Source: Phoronis australis
Lineage: Eukaryota; Animalia; Phoronida
Direction: 5' to 3'
NCBI GenBank assembly: GCA_002633005.1
Contig: NMRA01000319.1
Span: forward strand, 103,546-167,545
Length of the DNA stretch: 64,000 bases
Part shown: positions 1-12,400 of the stretch, in pieces
Layout: the number at the start of each line of letters is the position of its first letter
How positions within the stretch are numbered: position 1 is the stretch's first letter
Translations under genes and position numbers: made by a program
The notes under the pieces: model-generated
The model's database searches: none
Seen by the model: the letters and a program-made list of their open reading frames with translations, nothing else
Told to the model about the DNA's origin: nothing

Positions 1-99
1 AAGAGCCCAGGTTTTTCAGTGGAATTTCTGAATTTTGTTACATGCATCTCTAAGGGAGCAGATAAATTTAAACATTATTTGAAAAACTGGAGACCCATA

Positions 100-1660
100 T
101 CCTTACTCAATTTGACGTTTAAACTGACTTCTTCGGCTTAAGCTGAACCGTTAAAATCCGTTTTGGAAAAACTAATCGGTGAGGACCAGGCAGGTTTCAT
201 TTCTGGAAGAAAAATGAACGAAAATATCCGCGTGCTACATGTATATGATTTAATTTTTATGCCCACTCAGCTAACAAAACCAGGATTGCTTTTACTGACC
301 GATTTTAAGAAAGCATTTGATTCATTGTCGTGTAATTTTATTAAAAAATCATCTTTCCTTAGTTTCGGTTGGTCAATGAGAAGGTGGGTAAAAATCTTTT
401 ACAGTAATATTAAGTTGTCTGTTGCCGTAAATCTTCATCCATCTTCATGGTTCAATATTTCGCGTGGCTGCAGACAAAGTGACCTTTTGTCTCCTTACAT
501 TTTCATATTGTGGGAGGAGATTTTGGCGTATTTAATCAAGAATAATAAAACTATTGCAGGTGTACGTGTAGTTGCAGGAAATAAGGCATGTTAGATTTCG
601 CAATATGCGGACGACACACCAATTACTTTGGACGAGTCCAATTTGTCATTGGCTAGCACAATGAACGTACTACATTGATTTGCTAGCGTCTCCGGTCTCC
701 AAGTGAATGTGGTTAAAACAAAAGCCATATGGTTTGGAAGTAAAACTGGCAGTGATGACGTGATTCCTACAAAAGAAATTCTGTCTTGGACAAAACACAT
801 ATGTTAGATTGATGGGGGTGGATTTTGACACTAAATTGGATGATATGACGCATAAGAAGTTCATTTCATGAATGAATCAGATCAAGTCTTTGATAATAAG
901 TTAGAGTCGACGAAATTTAACGCTGTTTGGTACAGTAACTGTAATAAAAACGTTAGCTACTTCTAAACTTTATTTTTTGTTGCCAAGTTTACCAATTAAT
1001 CTCCCAGGAAAAGTCTCCGATGAATTCACTGTACGATAATCTATACAGTAGGTATGTACATGTACGGTAGGCTCGTAATGATAAAATTTACGAACTACGG
1101 CCTGTTTAGGACTAGATCAAGGGGGACTTCAAATGGTTAATATAAATACTTTCAGTAAAGCTTTAAAACTCGCCACGGCCCATAAATATTTTGAAAGCCC
1201 TGCGTCTAAAAGTGGTCAATAAATTATACTCACTCTACCCGTTCTTTAAGACTTTTGCTTCATATGGAGATGACTTCATCACGGTATATCAAAGTTAACT
1301 CTAACCGATAATTCCTACTGGCGAGACGTATTTGGAAGTATGACATCTTTCTATAAGAAAATAACTGTTACGGGTAAAGAAAACTTTTTGAACCATCCTT
1401 TGTGATTTAATAGTAACTTGGAGAGCGGAGACACAAGTGTTTTTCACAAGTCTTGGTTTGTAAAAGGCTTAAAAGATTTATCAAACATACAAAAGTCATA
1501 TACATGTATTCAGACCAGTAATGGCGATTTCGTTATTTGTTCGAAGTAAAAACCAACTTTGTAAAATATAATGGCTTTGTTTCTGTTCCAAGAAAGTTTC
1601 AAAAAAGTCAATTTCAAAGTAAATTTAAAAGTGACGATGCGTACGCTCCTTGCATGCCTT
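100..1660 (+). mobile_element. Decayed L1/Tx1-clade non-LTR retrotransposon ORF2 fragment (reverse transcriptase and downstream region)
   Basis: ORF 163..594 has RT motifs DQAGFISGR, LLLTDFKKAFDSL and SRGCRQSDLLSPYIF. It continues past stops as ISQYADDT (tcgcaatatgcggacgac, ~598-615), SGLQVNVVKTKAIW, RNLTLFGTVTVIKTLATSKL and QGGLQMVNI. Multiple stops and frameshifts; boundaries approximate. Confidence 0.9.
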
Positions 1661-2764
1661 TAGCAATTGACCTATCGCCAGGATTTAGAGTGACAGTTTA
1701 ACTGACCAATCGGAATGCAGCATTCTTGACGCACCTGCATTTCCAAGCCGCATTATACCCGTCAAACAACACGTGGTCAGGTAAAACGTACTGTCTGTTT
1801 GTCGACTTTAGGCAAGTAGGCGGAGCTTGCGATAGGTCAATTACTCACTTAAGGAAAGATAAGAAGGGTTGTAGACATTCATGTTCTATCTTTAACGTCA
1901 TTAAGAAACCTTCTAGGTCAAAGGGTAAATGGGAAATAGAGTTGGCAGTTTGGATTGGAAGAAAATATACGCAATGCCCTATGAAATTACAAAGGATCCA
2001 ACATTAGATGGTTCCAGTAACACATATTCATCCAGCACACCATTTTGACAAAGTAAATAGCCATATAAATCTTATGCAATAATTATTTAATAAGAACAAA
2101 TCCTTCAGTAAGATATTTTACAATACTGACTATAAATAAAAACAACTACGGTTTTAAATAGACTTGACATGTTTGGGTGTCATTGATGCAAACACCATCA
2201 TCAGAAGAGAGAATATAGTGGCCACGTAGCTAGGCCCAGCAACAAGTAATGAAGCACAGATACAGTCAGTTACAGGGAGTGGCAATAAACCAGACCAACA
2301 ATGACAACCTGGGGTGTGCCAATTGAGCTTGGGCTTGCACCAACTGATGTGTAGAGCCTCACGAATTTTAAGCTCATTTGTTGTTTCTGCTTGGTCTATT
2401 ATTGCAAAGTCATTGAAAGAGCATTGCTGATAACAATGATTGGAGCTCTGTGGATGAGTATTTACATGTAAACCTGTCAGAATTTAGATGTTCCCTGGTC
2501 CTAGTTTACAAATGGCGAACAGTTTCGCCTATGTAACAGGAGCCACATCCAGCGCAGATAAATTTGTAAACTACCCTGGACCGTAGACCCATAGGAATTT
2601 TTTCCTTAGGCGTGAATAAATTCCGACAGTTTTAGAGACTTGAATGTTAATACAACTCTGAAGTTAACACAGTAATCATTCAACAAATTGTTATTGACTA
2701 TAAACCATTAATTCAAGAGCGTGGAACAATGAGAGTGCCCTAGAGACACTGAAAGACTAAGGAA

Positions 2765-5700
2765 TTACAAAACTGTGCATGATCTACTGTCCCGTTTACC
2801 ACTGTCAGTAAGAGAAATAGTGGACAACATTGTAACCCGTTCCTTAAGCATATCAAGCACTTTAGCAGTAGCACATGCTACAGGCAACGAGTCGATATGT
2901 TTCATGACAAAGTTGTTTCTCTCCCTTTGTGTTAAATGCTTGTGATTTTCTTTGTGTTCACCAGAAAACAACAAATCCAGTACGGCAAGGCGCCCATCTC
3001 TGAGGCCAGAAAGAACGAGGTGGTCTTTAAGCAAAACGAGATTGCACGAACTGGAATGTAAGCAAACGCGGTGCACAACTTCACCACGTGAAACAGCGAG
3101 AACATTAATAGCATCAACAGGATGGCTATCTGTGAATATCAGATACTTTTCGTCCGATGTGAAAACGCAGCATCGTTTAATTTTATCAGAATGTGCAACC
3201 CCTGAGCCGGAGAGATTACAAACCAAAGCACCGTCATTCAGAGACCAGAGATTGTAACCTTGACAAACAAAGAACTGCCCGCTTGAGGAGACGGTGAGAA
3301 CGGTATTCGTTAAAGGACCACCAACTTCGGCGCAAATTTTTCCGGAGAAGCTATCCACCAGGCAAACTTTCATGAGTTGGCCCGTATTATCGCTATGTTC
3401 AGAAACAACACAGCTTCCACGGGTGGGCCAAACTTTTGAGGCATTCTTTGAAATTGTGACTGCTTGCACGTGCCCTGATGACAAATTTAAAGACGTCAAC
3501 TTTGACTTATCTTGCAGCATTAGAATATGGCTACCACTCGGAAGAAAAACAGGCGACCAACAATTCTTGAACGTATGAACGATGCCCTCAGTGGCGGTAG
3601 ACCACAAGCGACATTCCTTTCCTGAAGAGGAGAAAGTTAAGAAATGGGTGTTGTCGGGGCTGATTTCCAAATCATCGCACGTGTCATGCTCACAAAAGAA
3701 TAAACTGTCGCATTCAGTTTTCCAGACGGCTACGTACCGCGTTTGTTTAACCTGGATCAACAGCATTATGAACTTTGCGTCCGTGGTCGTTTTCAATTCT
3801 TTCAAAACCCCATACTTTCCAAACGGCAACACGGTCTTTTTGTACGCTCTGACGTCACTGTCATGGCGTCCATGTAGAATCCATTGCTGTATTCCAAACG
3901 AGTCGAAATTCGAATACCCGTCGGCCAGACGAAGCGGGATGTAGTCCTTTACGAACACGATGCCTCTATCCTTCGCTGCATCAATGATGTCCAAATGGCA
4001 CGCGAGTCTTTCAACTTCCGGTGTTACGGTGGCCATTTTATTTTTCTCTAGGGACCAAATTTTAATGACGTTAGTAGCATCCTTGCTAAATGTTAGAAAG
4101 ACGTTCTCAGTAGGAGAAGGTATGACACCTGTCGCAAGCAATTCGCAGACGGTAACTGTATTCAGATGCGAGCCATCTATTGACGACCAGACAAACACGG
4201 TGTTGCCATGGGCTGCGATAATCATGGTTCCATCAGCGCTGAAGCAGCTGTGATAAATGAGACGCTCGTCGTCATTCGGTATATCGGGATCATTGAAATT
4301 CAGCATCACTGCTTCATACGTCTCGAGGTTCCAAACTATTAAGTAAACTCTGGTCATGTTGGCTAAAAGCTTCTTGCCGTCACCTGACACACACAGTTCG
4401 CTGACCTCTCGACACATAGGATTACCCGCAACAAATTCTACCCTTGGAAAATACTGACACCTGTCAATGACTTTTGGAGATTCGAAAAGAGCTGGTCTCT
4501 GCAGATCCCAAATGTAAATAAGATGGTCTAGCGCGTGACCAGAAATAATTATCTTGGAACATGGGAGAGCAACAAACGCACTTGCAACATTATCACACTC
4601 TTTCTCGTAAGCTGTTTCACCGGTAGACACGTCAACTACAGTGACCGATTTCAATTTACCCAGAATAAGAAACCTTTCGTCTGGGGTGAAACAAGCAGAC
4701 ATGTACCCGTGATTTTTGTTCGAAAGGATGGCTTCGAGACTACACACTTTCTCGCCAGTGTAAATGTTCCACACAACTTCGCGAAAGAAAACATAATTCT
4801 GGGAAGCTATAGTGTCATTTCGGAAACTTCCGTCCGACTTCGTTGACGATATTTCTCCACACTTCTCTAGTGTTTCAGAATCGTACACGTGGATGTAACG
4901 ATCGACATAACTTTCAACGATAAAACGATCTCCATTGCTATTGAAAACAATTTCTGCTTTCTGATCACGAATCAACTGATCTTCGAAACTCATAAGTTTT
5001 TCTCCCGTAGTTACGTCCCACAAAATGACCTGCTTATCCAGCCCAACAGAGAATGCATTTTTGCCGTTACAACTGAAATGAACATCGACGACCATTTGTT
5101 TGTGTGTTTCTAACGAGTGCACGAGCTCGTCCTTGGGACCATCAAAGAGCTGATATGCAGGTATAAATGAGCAAGGCAGGCCACGAACAGACGCGTCACA
5201 TTCATCAACCAGGTTTTTTAAAACAATCGAATTGTCGTAGTAGGACAAGAGACGGGCGGACAATTCAAATGCGAGGTTTTCTGGGTTATCATTCAAGATC
5301 CATCCCGAAATGTTCAGAGTGCTCTTTAATATTTCGACTTCTTTGTCATGACCTGAGGCTGAAAGATACAGTCGGAAATCTGACAGAAGATCTTGTAACG
5401 AAAGTGCAGTGAGCTTGGCTCTGAGCCAGTCAAAACACAGCAAGATGTTTCGAAGCTCGTCCACTCTGCCAGACTCCACTAAATGAACAGGCAGCTGTGA
5501 CATTTTGCGAATATTAAATGACTGTTTTCCCTTACCATTAGTTCTTAAAACCAGGGGATAAAGTGAAACAATACGGTCGGCTTCCCCATCAATTTCTTTC
5601 AAGTTCAAGCGTTCTATCTGCTGCTGAGTGTAGGAAAATGGTTTTTTCCTTCCTCCACCCCACGTACCAAGAAAATAATCTGCCATCATGGAATGAATCT

Positions 5701-6454
5701 GACATTTTTTGGTCTTGGTATCTAAGTACCTTGCCTTAGCTACTTCGATGAACTGCCGGTGATACCAGTAAACGACCGCTGTACCATCTGCTTCTCGGTC
5801 AACAATATACGCCCTCAACTTGTGCTTCACTCGAGCCCACAGTAAGGGTGGAATTCTACGAACCGGCGGCAACCACCACACAAAAACTTCATTCAACACC
5901 TCGTCATCTAGTGACAAAAGGTCATCAAGCTCAATCTCAGAAATTCCAGTCTGGGATGCAGTCAAGTAACCCAGCGCGTGGGACACCAGAAGAAAGCCAT
6001 GTTCTTTCTCTAACTTTTCAAATAAAGTGTGAATTACAGTCTGGATATCAGACTCGACCTGAGTTTTGCTCAACTCGTAATAGGACTTCCAAAGCAAGGT
6101 TTCTTCGTAAAGAAGCTTTGTGTACAAGGGTAAGCTGCAATTAGTAAAGGCCTGCTTTACAATTTCACTTTGCTCACATGTGATACACCTTCTGCTATTC
6201 TTCAACCAAGACTTCAGAATTTCAATGCTAAGAGCTTCACCTAATTCGTCTATTCTCAAGAAATTTTTCTTAACAAGAATTTTTTTCTCTAGATTTTCTA
6301 ATATTCCATACATGGCAGAAAGAGTAGAAACGACGACCTTGACATTGGCAGGCAGATGGGTTGGCAACCATTTCAACTTGTGTGCGTGGTGATGGGAGGA
6401 AAGTTGATCCAGCGAGTCTAAAAATAGCACAATAGGCTTTTCAGGAGTTGCCAC
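2765..6454 (-). CDS. Terminal 3.7-kb exon of the NWD-like gene (NACHT C-terminal half, helical domains, WD40 propellers, CaaX end)
   Basis: Uninterrupted ORF. Acceptor tttacag|GTG at 6454; WD-like repeats such as VGLDKQVILWD and SSSGKECRLWS; ends SRSCTVL-stop. Confidence 0.93.
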   Translation of the reverse strand: MATPEKPIVLFLDSLDQLSSHHHAHKLKWLPTHLPANVKVVVSTLSAMYGILENLEKKILVKKNFLRIDELGEALSIEILKSWLKNSRRCITCEQSEIVKQAFTNCSLPLYTKLLYEETLLWKSYYELSKTQVESDIQTVIHTLFEKLEKEHGFLLVSHALGYLTASQTGISEIELDDLLSLDDEVLNEVFVWWLPPVRRIPPLLWARVKHKLRAYIVDREADGTAVVYWYHRQFIEVAKARYLDTKTKKCQIHSMMADYFLGTWGGGRKKPFSYTQQQIERLNLKEIDGEADRIVSLYPLVLRTNGKGKQSFNIRKMSQLPVHLVESGRVDELRNILLCFDWLRAKLTALSLQDLLSDFRLYLSASGHDKEVEILKSTLNISGWILNDNPENLAFELSARLLSYYDNSIVLKNLVDECDASVRGLPCSFIPAYQLFDGPKDELVHSLETHKQMVVDVHFSCNGKNAFSVGLDKQVILWDVTTGEKLMSFEDQLIRDQKAEIVFNSNGDRFIVESYVDRYIHVYDSETLEKCGEISSTKSDGSFRNDTIASQNYVFFREVVWNIYTGEKVCSLEAILSNKNHGYMSACFTPDERFLILGKLKSVTVVDVSTGETAYEKECDNVASAFVALPCSKIIISGHALDHLIYIWDLQRPALFESPKVIDRCQYFPRVEFVAGNPMCREVSELCVSGDGKKLLANMTRVYLIVWNLETYEAVMLNFNDPDIPNDDERLIYHSCFSADGTMIIAAHGNTVFVWSSIDGSHLNTVTVCELLATGVIPSPTENVFLTFSKDATNVIKIWSLEKNKMATVTPEVERLACHLDIIDAAKDRGIVFVKDYIPLRLADGYSNFDSFGIQQWILHGRHDSDVRAYKKTVLPFGKYGVLKELKTTTDAKFIMLLIQVKQTRYVAVWKTECDSLFFCEHDTCDDLEISPDNTHFLTFSSSGKECRLWSTATEGIVHTFKNCWSPVFLPSGSHILMLQDKSKLTSLNLSSGHVQAVTISKNASKVWPTRGSCVVSEHSDNTGQLMKVCLVDSFSGKICAEVGGPLTNTVLTVSSSGQFFVCQGYNLWSLNDGALVCNLSGSGVAHSDKIKRCCVFTSDEKYLIFTDSHPVDAINVLAVSRGEVVHRVCLHSSSCNLVLLKDHLVLSGLRDGRLAVLDLLFSGEHKENHKHLTQRERNNFVMKHIDSLPVACATAKVLDMLKERVTMLSTISLTDSGKRDSRSCTVL

Positions 6455-9400
6455 CTGTAAAGTAAAGACAAGGCAGAGGTAGATGTCAGGTTGTGAGTAA
6501 ATCAAGGCTCAGTTATCAGAGATAAAGACATGAATAACAACTGTGTTTACTAGAAGAATAAAAAAAACTTGAGATCCATTGTAAAAATCAGACTACAGGG
6601 TATTGGTTTTAATTGACTTCATCAATTAATTTAAACAAACTTAAGAAGATAAGTAAACAAGAGCAAAGTTGTGACATTGATATACCCTACCCTGTGCATT
6701 GCATATAGCACAGATACAAGGGAGCAACATTACTTTAAATGCTCCAAACTACTAAGCGAAGCAATGCCTGTAAATTTAAAATAACCTCTAGAAGGTACAT
6801 GTACAAAGCAACTCGCGGATGCTCTTCTCAATAAGAACACACCTGCCACCTTTCATCATAACTTCGACAGGGAGGCAGGACACAACAAAGTTTACAAAAG
6901 ACAAATAAAAAGCTACGAGGGGCTGCAACGAAAGCCAAATCCATCTGAAACAGGGTGTGTGGTGCTATGTACATGATAGTAATTTATTTGCCAAAGTTCA
7001 TAAACATCCAACGAGGTACTTGAAAGATATCCAACAAGTAAGGATAGAAATCACGTTTGTTTGTTGTATATGGGAAAAAGAAGAAGAATAAGAAGATATC
7101 AAAAAAGCTATTAAAACAAAATTGCCATTAAGGGACTCTGCAGTATCCAGATTTGAGCCAAAATCCACATGTATGGTACTCTTTTCAATAAAAGCACATT
7201 ACAATTTTTAATGAAGATCCACCAAGAAACTTGGAAGATATACATGTAGAGCACCACAGTATTGTAAGCAAACGGCCACTAGGTGGCACAAATGGCCACT
7301 AGGTGGTGCAAACGGCCACTAGGTGGTGCAAAATACATCAAATCCATCTGAAAGCCAGACGGTGAAATCCTAATAGAACTGTATTTGCCTAACATCACTA
7401 AAATCCGTAAATAGCTAAAACTGTCAGTAGGGGGACACGCTAGCTCGAACCATTCACATATACTGCCCCATCCATGAAAGGAGAATACCTAAAGCGAATT
7501 ATGGCAATTCTTCAGGGTTATTGAAGGTACACAGCAGATCCATGCATTCAAATGAATGCCACAATGACTTAGCAGACAAATTTTGAAACCTTCGGTGTAA
7601 AATTCCAAAAATGAATGATACAATGAGTTGGCATAAAAAATTGAAATGCCGAGAGGAAAATTTTAATAAATAATTCCACTGGAATAACACAGACATGTGA
7701 ACACTTTCAAACCAAATATTTCAATTTTGACTGTCTCCGGTCAGAGTGAATTTCCCAAATCAAAAACCCACAGACTATTAAACTCTGTTGACAAACGACC
7801 TGAATGTCAGGAACTAACCTTTAAAATTTCCTGGAACAAAGTTAGCAGTGATGACATATCATCTGGAATGGTTGTATCATCTTTGCAAAATGCTGCAGCA
7901 ATTTGCTGACACACAGACTTCAAGGCATGTCTTAACCCTGTGCTTTCCACAGTAGTTCCTGAAATATATTAAAATTGTTTAATTATTAGCGCAAATTCTT
8001 AACATCAAAGTGCTGAAATCTACATTAAAAACAACAAAATGAAAAGTTAGCTCAGCATGAAAAGGAAAGGATTGGAAGCTGGAAAAACGTCTTGCCTGTA
8101 TATGAGAGTTCAGGTTAATAAATTACATTGTACAAGTGTGCAGAATATGACCACGTGCACTAAATGTTTCAGATGGCCATGAGGCAACACCTACACTAAC
8201 ATATGAGATTTGTTACCCCAACACCAAAGACTGACCAACCCATCCTAATCGATTCACAAAATAATTAACATGCATGGCTTAGCCGTGCTGCTCAAGAAAT
8301 CCCATTAGCGGCTAGACGGCTATTATTTACCTTCAATTTTAAAAACGGTCGTGTTAGTCATTTACTTTTAAATTACTGTTATTGTTAGCTTCTTTACTTT
8401 GAAAATAGTTACACTAAACAGACGCATTGTTTACAACCACAATTATCTCCATCAGTTCAGATTTGACGGCCAAGCCGGCACGCCATGAATAGCCACTAGT
8501 TCACTTCAATCTGTGATGGGGCTTTCAAGCCTTTCAGGTGCCCAGGAATTGGATACCCTGGGGTGAACGGTGCATGCTTTCTCATCCGCTTGCTTGCAAA
8601 TCCTGTTAGCCGAAGATTTGCCTAATGGTGCAGCACTGCATGATTTGTTATCAAATGCCTATTATGGTTTATAGAGAGATGGTTTTCTACAGTACTTCAA
8701 GTGAACAGCTATAATTTACCTAAGAACCTTATAACAGCTACAGGCTTCACATCCAGCCACTTGTGAACTTCACTTGCACACTTTGCCATCACTGAGGTCT
8801 TGCCGCAGCCAGATTCACCATACACAACAAGAGGCAGTGTTGACTCTCTGTCTTGGATATAGCTCTTGACTACTGTAATTACATCCTCTCTTCCTGAGGA
8901 GTGAAATTAAACAACATTACGTCAGACAATATTCCACAGAACAGTTTTCACAGCACAGTATTTATAAAGATTGGCAAATATTTGTTTTACGAGTTGATGA
9001 AAATTGTGAAAGATGTCCAAAACTGTTCTTCAATAGAGAAGTTCTCCACATTACCCTTAACTCTGTGACAAGTAAATGATTTACCAAGAAGGTACATGTA
9101 ACTACAAGGAGTCGTGGGTGTAGAGCAAAGCTTCAAAAATGCGTGCATTTTCTTTGCAGTTCATTACCTTGAAACACGTCACTCCTTTGTTTACAAAGAT
9201 GCAGATGCTGCAAGACTTCTGTCAGAATTGCTTCTTTCAGCAGCAAGTTCCTCCTGTCCACTCCACTCCTAATCAGTGCCAACAATCGTTCATACACTTG
9301 GCTTGACAATTCACTCAAATACATCGACGAAAATGGCCTGACCAAACCTCCAACATCGTCCCATGATAACGAGTGTCGTATTGCATCATTGCTGTAAAGA

Positions 9401-12400
9401 GAAACCAACTTTTAACAAGAGCAATGCACTCGGAGCATTGGTGTCCAACCACTGCGTGCACTGCATAAATACAATACAGAAACAAAAAATAGAGCAGTGA
9501 TTCTTCAAAAAAAGTTTGACATAGAGGGAGGCAGATAACAAAGTCAGATAATAACAGAAAGGCCCTACAGGGAGCAGCATAGTTCGAATGCACTTGAAAC
9601 GAGACCAATGCAGTAGTTGTCAAATTTCGTGAACATCGATGAAGAAACTTCAGTTGGTAGATATCAAAACAAAATTATCCCTATGCGACTTCATAGCTGT
9701 CAGATTTGTCCCATAACCCATGTAGTTGAACTCTCCTCAATAGAAACACATGCCAAATTACACAGGCAAAAAATAAAATGGCCACAAGAGGGCACCACAT
9801 TGAACGAACTCATTCTTATTAACAAAATCGTCCTCCATGCACTTCCAAGTTGGAACAAAAAAATTATGCAAGTTTTCAAAATGTTCCTTTTCAAGTAAAT
9901 CGATCGATGGAGGCACGTGGCAAAAGCCAGACTCAAAAAATAACAAAAATGGCCAAAAGGTGACATAAATAATTAACAAATTTGTCAGAATACCAGAAAA
10001 TGCAAAAGTCTGCTTACTAGAAAGCTATATGCCATGTTGCAGGAAAATCCGTCACGGAACCCCAACAAACAATCTTTCAAATGTAACTAAAATTGCCACT
10101 AGGGGCACACTAACATTGGGATGCGTCTGAAAATTTACTTAATATGCCGTTCAACCAATGATAGCAACTTGGTGGAAAAAGCTCTCAAATTCTATCGAGG
10201 AGTTCTGAAGGCACATCAGCGAGCGCTCGATGGGCCAACAATGAGAGTGAAGCATGAATAGCATAATGCACCCGCATACAAAGATGTTAGTGCATGTTTT
10301 AATAGACGTATATCCAGACTTCCTACATAGCTTGGTGTAATGATGGTCTAAACAGTTGTATCTAATTGTATTACCCTAATAGGAGACATTTCCTCAACAT
10401 GCCAATACAACGAGTAGCAAAGTAAACTGCCTTACAGAAGGGGGTCTATCCAGAATTATTTTTCAGTAAACTAAATGAAACGCAGATGGTCTAATACTTT
10501 TGAGGTGATCGAATCCGATGAGCACATTTATTAAAACATCCAACTCTGGGCAAATCAAACTCACAAGAGCCTTCCATCAGTCATCAAGTTCTTCATTTAG
10601 AGAACTTTTCAATCCTCCCAGTTTCCTGTGTAAAGAGAACCTTTGAAGCAGTTTTCGCACTATACACTCCCTGTGGACAGCGTTGGCAGAGAAATTTAAG
10701 GACATTTCTGGATGACCAAGGTGTCAGTAGTGAAATCTGTCTCAAGTGCTAAAGCAGTGATCTACACAGTCAGTCATTCAACTATATAAAATTTGGTCTC
10801 GTAGTAAGCTATACAACACACTGGAACACAAGCCCTCAGTTTATTCTGAATACTGAAATAACTCTGAGTTGATTTAGCCGGGTTAAAAGACTTACCCCAT
10901 AACAGCAGGTAACTTCACGTTTCTCAACTCATCCAAATGTTTACTGGCCTCTTTGTGAACTTTGCCATCATCAACATCCATGTAGTACTTAACCCTTTTT
11001 TCGCCAACATGACTTTTCAGATCAACGATGAAACGATCAACAACAACGGCAGAGTTTTGTGCCTCAGGAGCATTAAAAATACCATGCTGGATTTCATCCT
11101 CTGTGACTGGAATCAAACGAGACAAAATGTTAAGAAATTTGAAACATTAATTGTGGTAGGCATGATCCATCAAGCAGGTCACTCAAAACTGATATGAAGA
11201 AAGTTTAAATTATAATCAATATAAACATTCTTGAACAAAATATAATGAATTTGTTTTGTGCTTTGCAAAAAAGCACATTGATAAAAGGGTCTTAATGTCA
11301 GGTGAATAACAATCAAATAAGCAATGTCTTAAAATCGAATGAGAGAGAAAGATTAGTAAGTATATCTTCAATTTTATAAAATGCAGAGTGAGCACCATAT
11401 TTACAAACCATTGTTTTGGTTCATATCTTGGAAGGATGCCAAGATTGTTTTAATGTGAATAGCTCACATTCATTTAAGACAAAATTACTGTTGTCAGCTG
11501 AACAGATTGATTCATAACAGTTTGAAGTATACAATTCAATTTTACTGGCTGTAGACATGTTTAAAATGGTTTCTGACTTAAATGTGCCAAAAGCATGTGT
11601 TTACTAGCAGGCTCTGTTAATTTCATGCTTCTACCAATTCAAATTGCTTTTTATGATATTTTTTCCTTAACATTGAATGTCATTTCCACACATTTCCTCA
11701 GTCAAAAAATGTCACCAAAAAATCTAAACAGTTCAACCCTGATTGTGTTTTCCCTATTTTACAATGAATTTTTATTTTTTTAAATGTGGGCAGGGTTTCC
11801 GCAAAAACCTCATTACATATGGCAGCGATTGCGAGAGCACAAATACATGTAACGCATGAGTCAGCTTCTACTAAAAATAAAGCTTAGATTAAAATTAGCT
11901 TAACTTAAATCTGAAAATATTTGAAGTTGGGTTGAATGAGAATTATTTTGGCTTAAGTTTCTATTGAATTAACTCGCCAAGCATTCTGGCCTTAAAATCC
12001 ATCAGCTCCTCATAAATTGGATAAAAGGAAAATGTGTTGAAAACAGCTGAATTGAAATCCCATGAACTGCAGCGGGTTTGCAACTTGTGAACTAGATACC
12101 ATATCAAAAACAGGTAATCAAACAGTACACAGTAAAAATAATATGTATAACAGACAAGTTGGTCATAGATCCACATGAAAACCTACAATAGAGAAGTAGT
12201 ATAAATCAGAGCATGGTACAGCCCATTACGGAGTTCTCCTGTTCAGTGACTTTACCAGACGTAGATAACATCTAGTTCCTTTGTTAACTGCCAAGCCCAG
12301 CCTTTTGTCTGGTATGACAACAGGCAGGCCAATTATCCACTAGCCTTATTACAGACCATGTGTGAACGCAATCAATAGATTGTCGAAACTTCGGTTGCAG

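Noticed and set aside
2932-6392. Numerous short ORFs overlapping the NWD terminal exon
   Set aside because: Antisense or alternate-frame shadows of a long coding exon, with no motifs.
6455-6505. ORF-track N-terminus MIYSQPDIYLCLVFTLQ of the 1246-aa ORF
   Set aside because: It is intron sequence upstream of the acceptor at 6454; the real protein continues from nine upstream exons.
7269-7333. Direct repeats as a possible CRISPR array
   Set aside because: The units are contiguous with no unique spacers, there are no cas genes, and the context is a eukaryotic intron.
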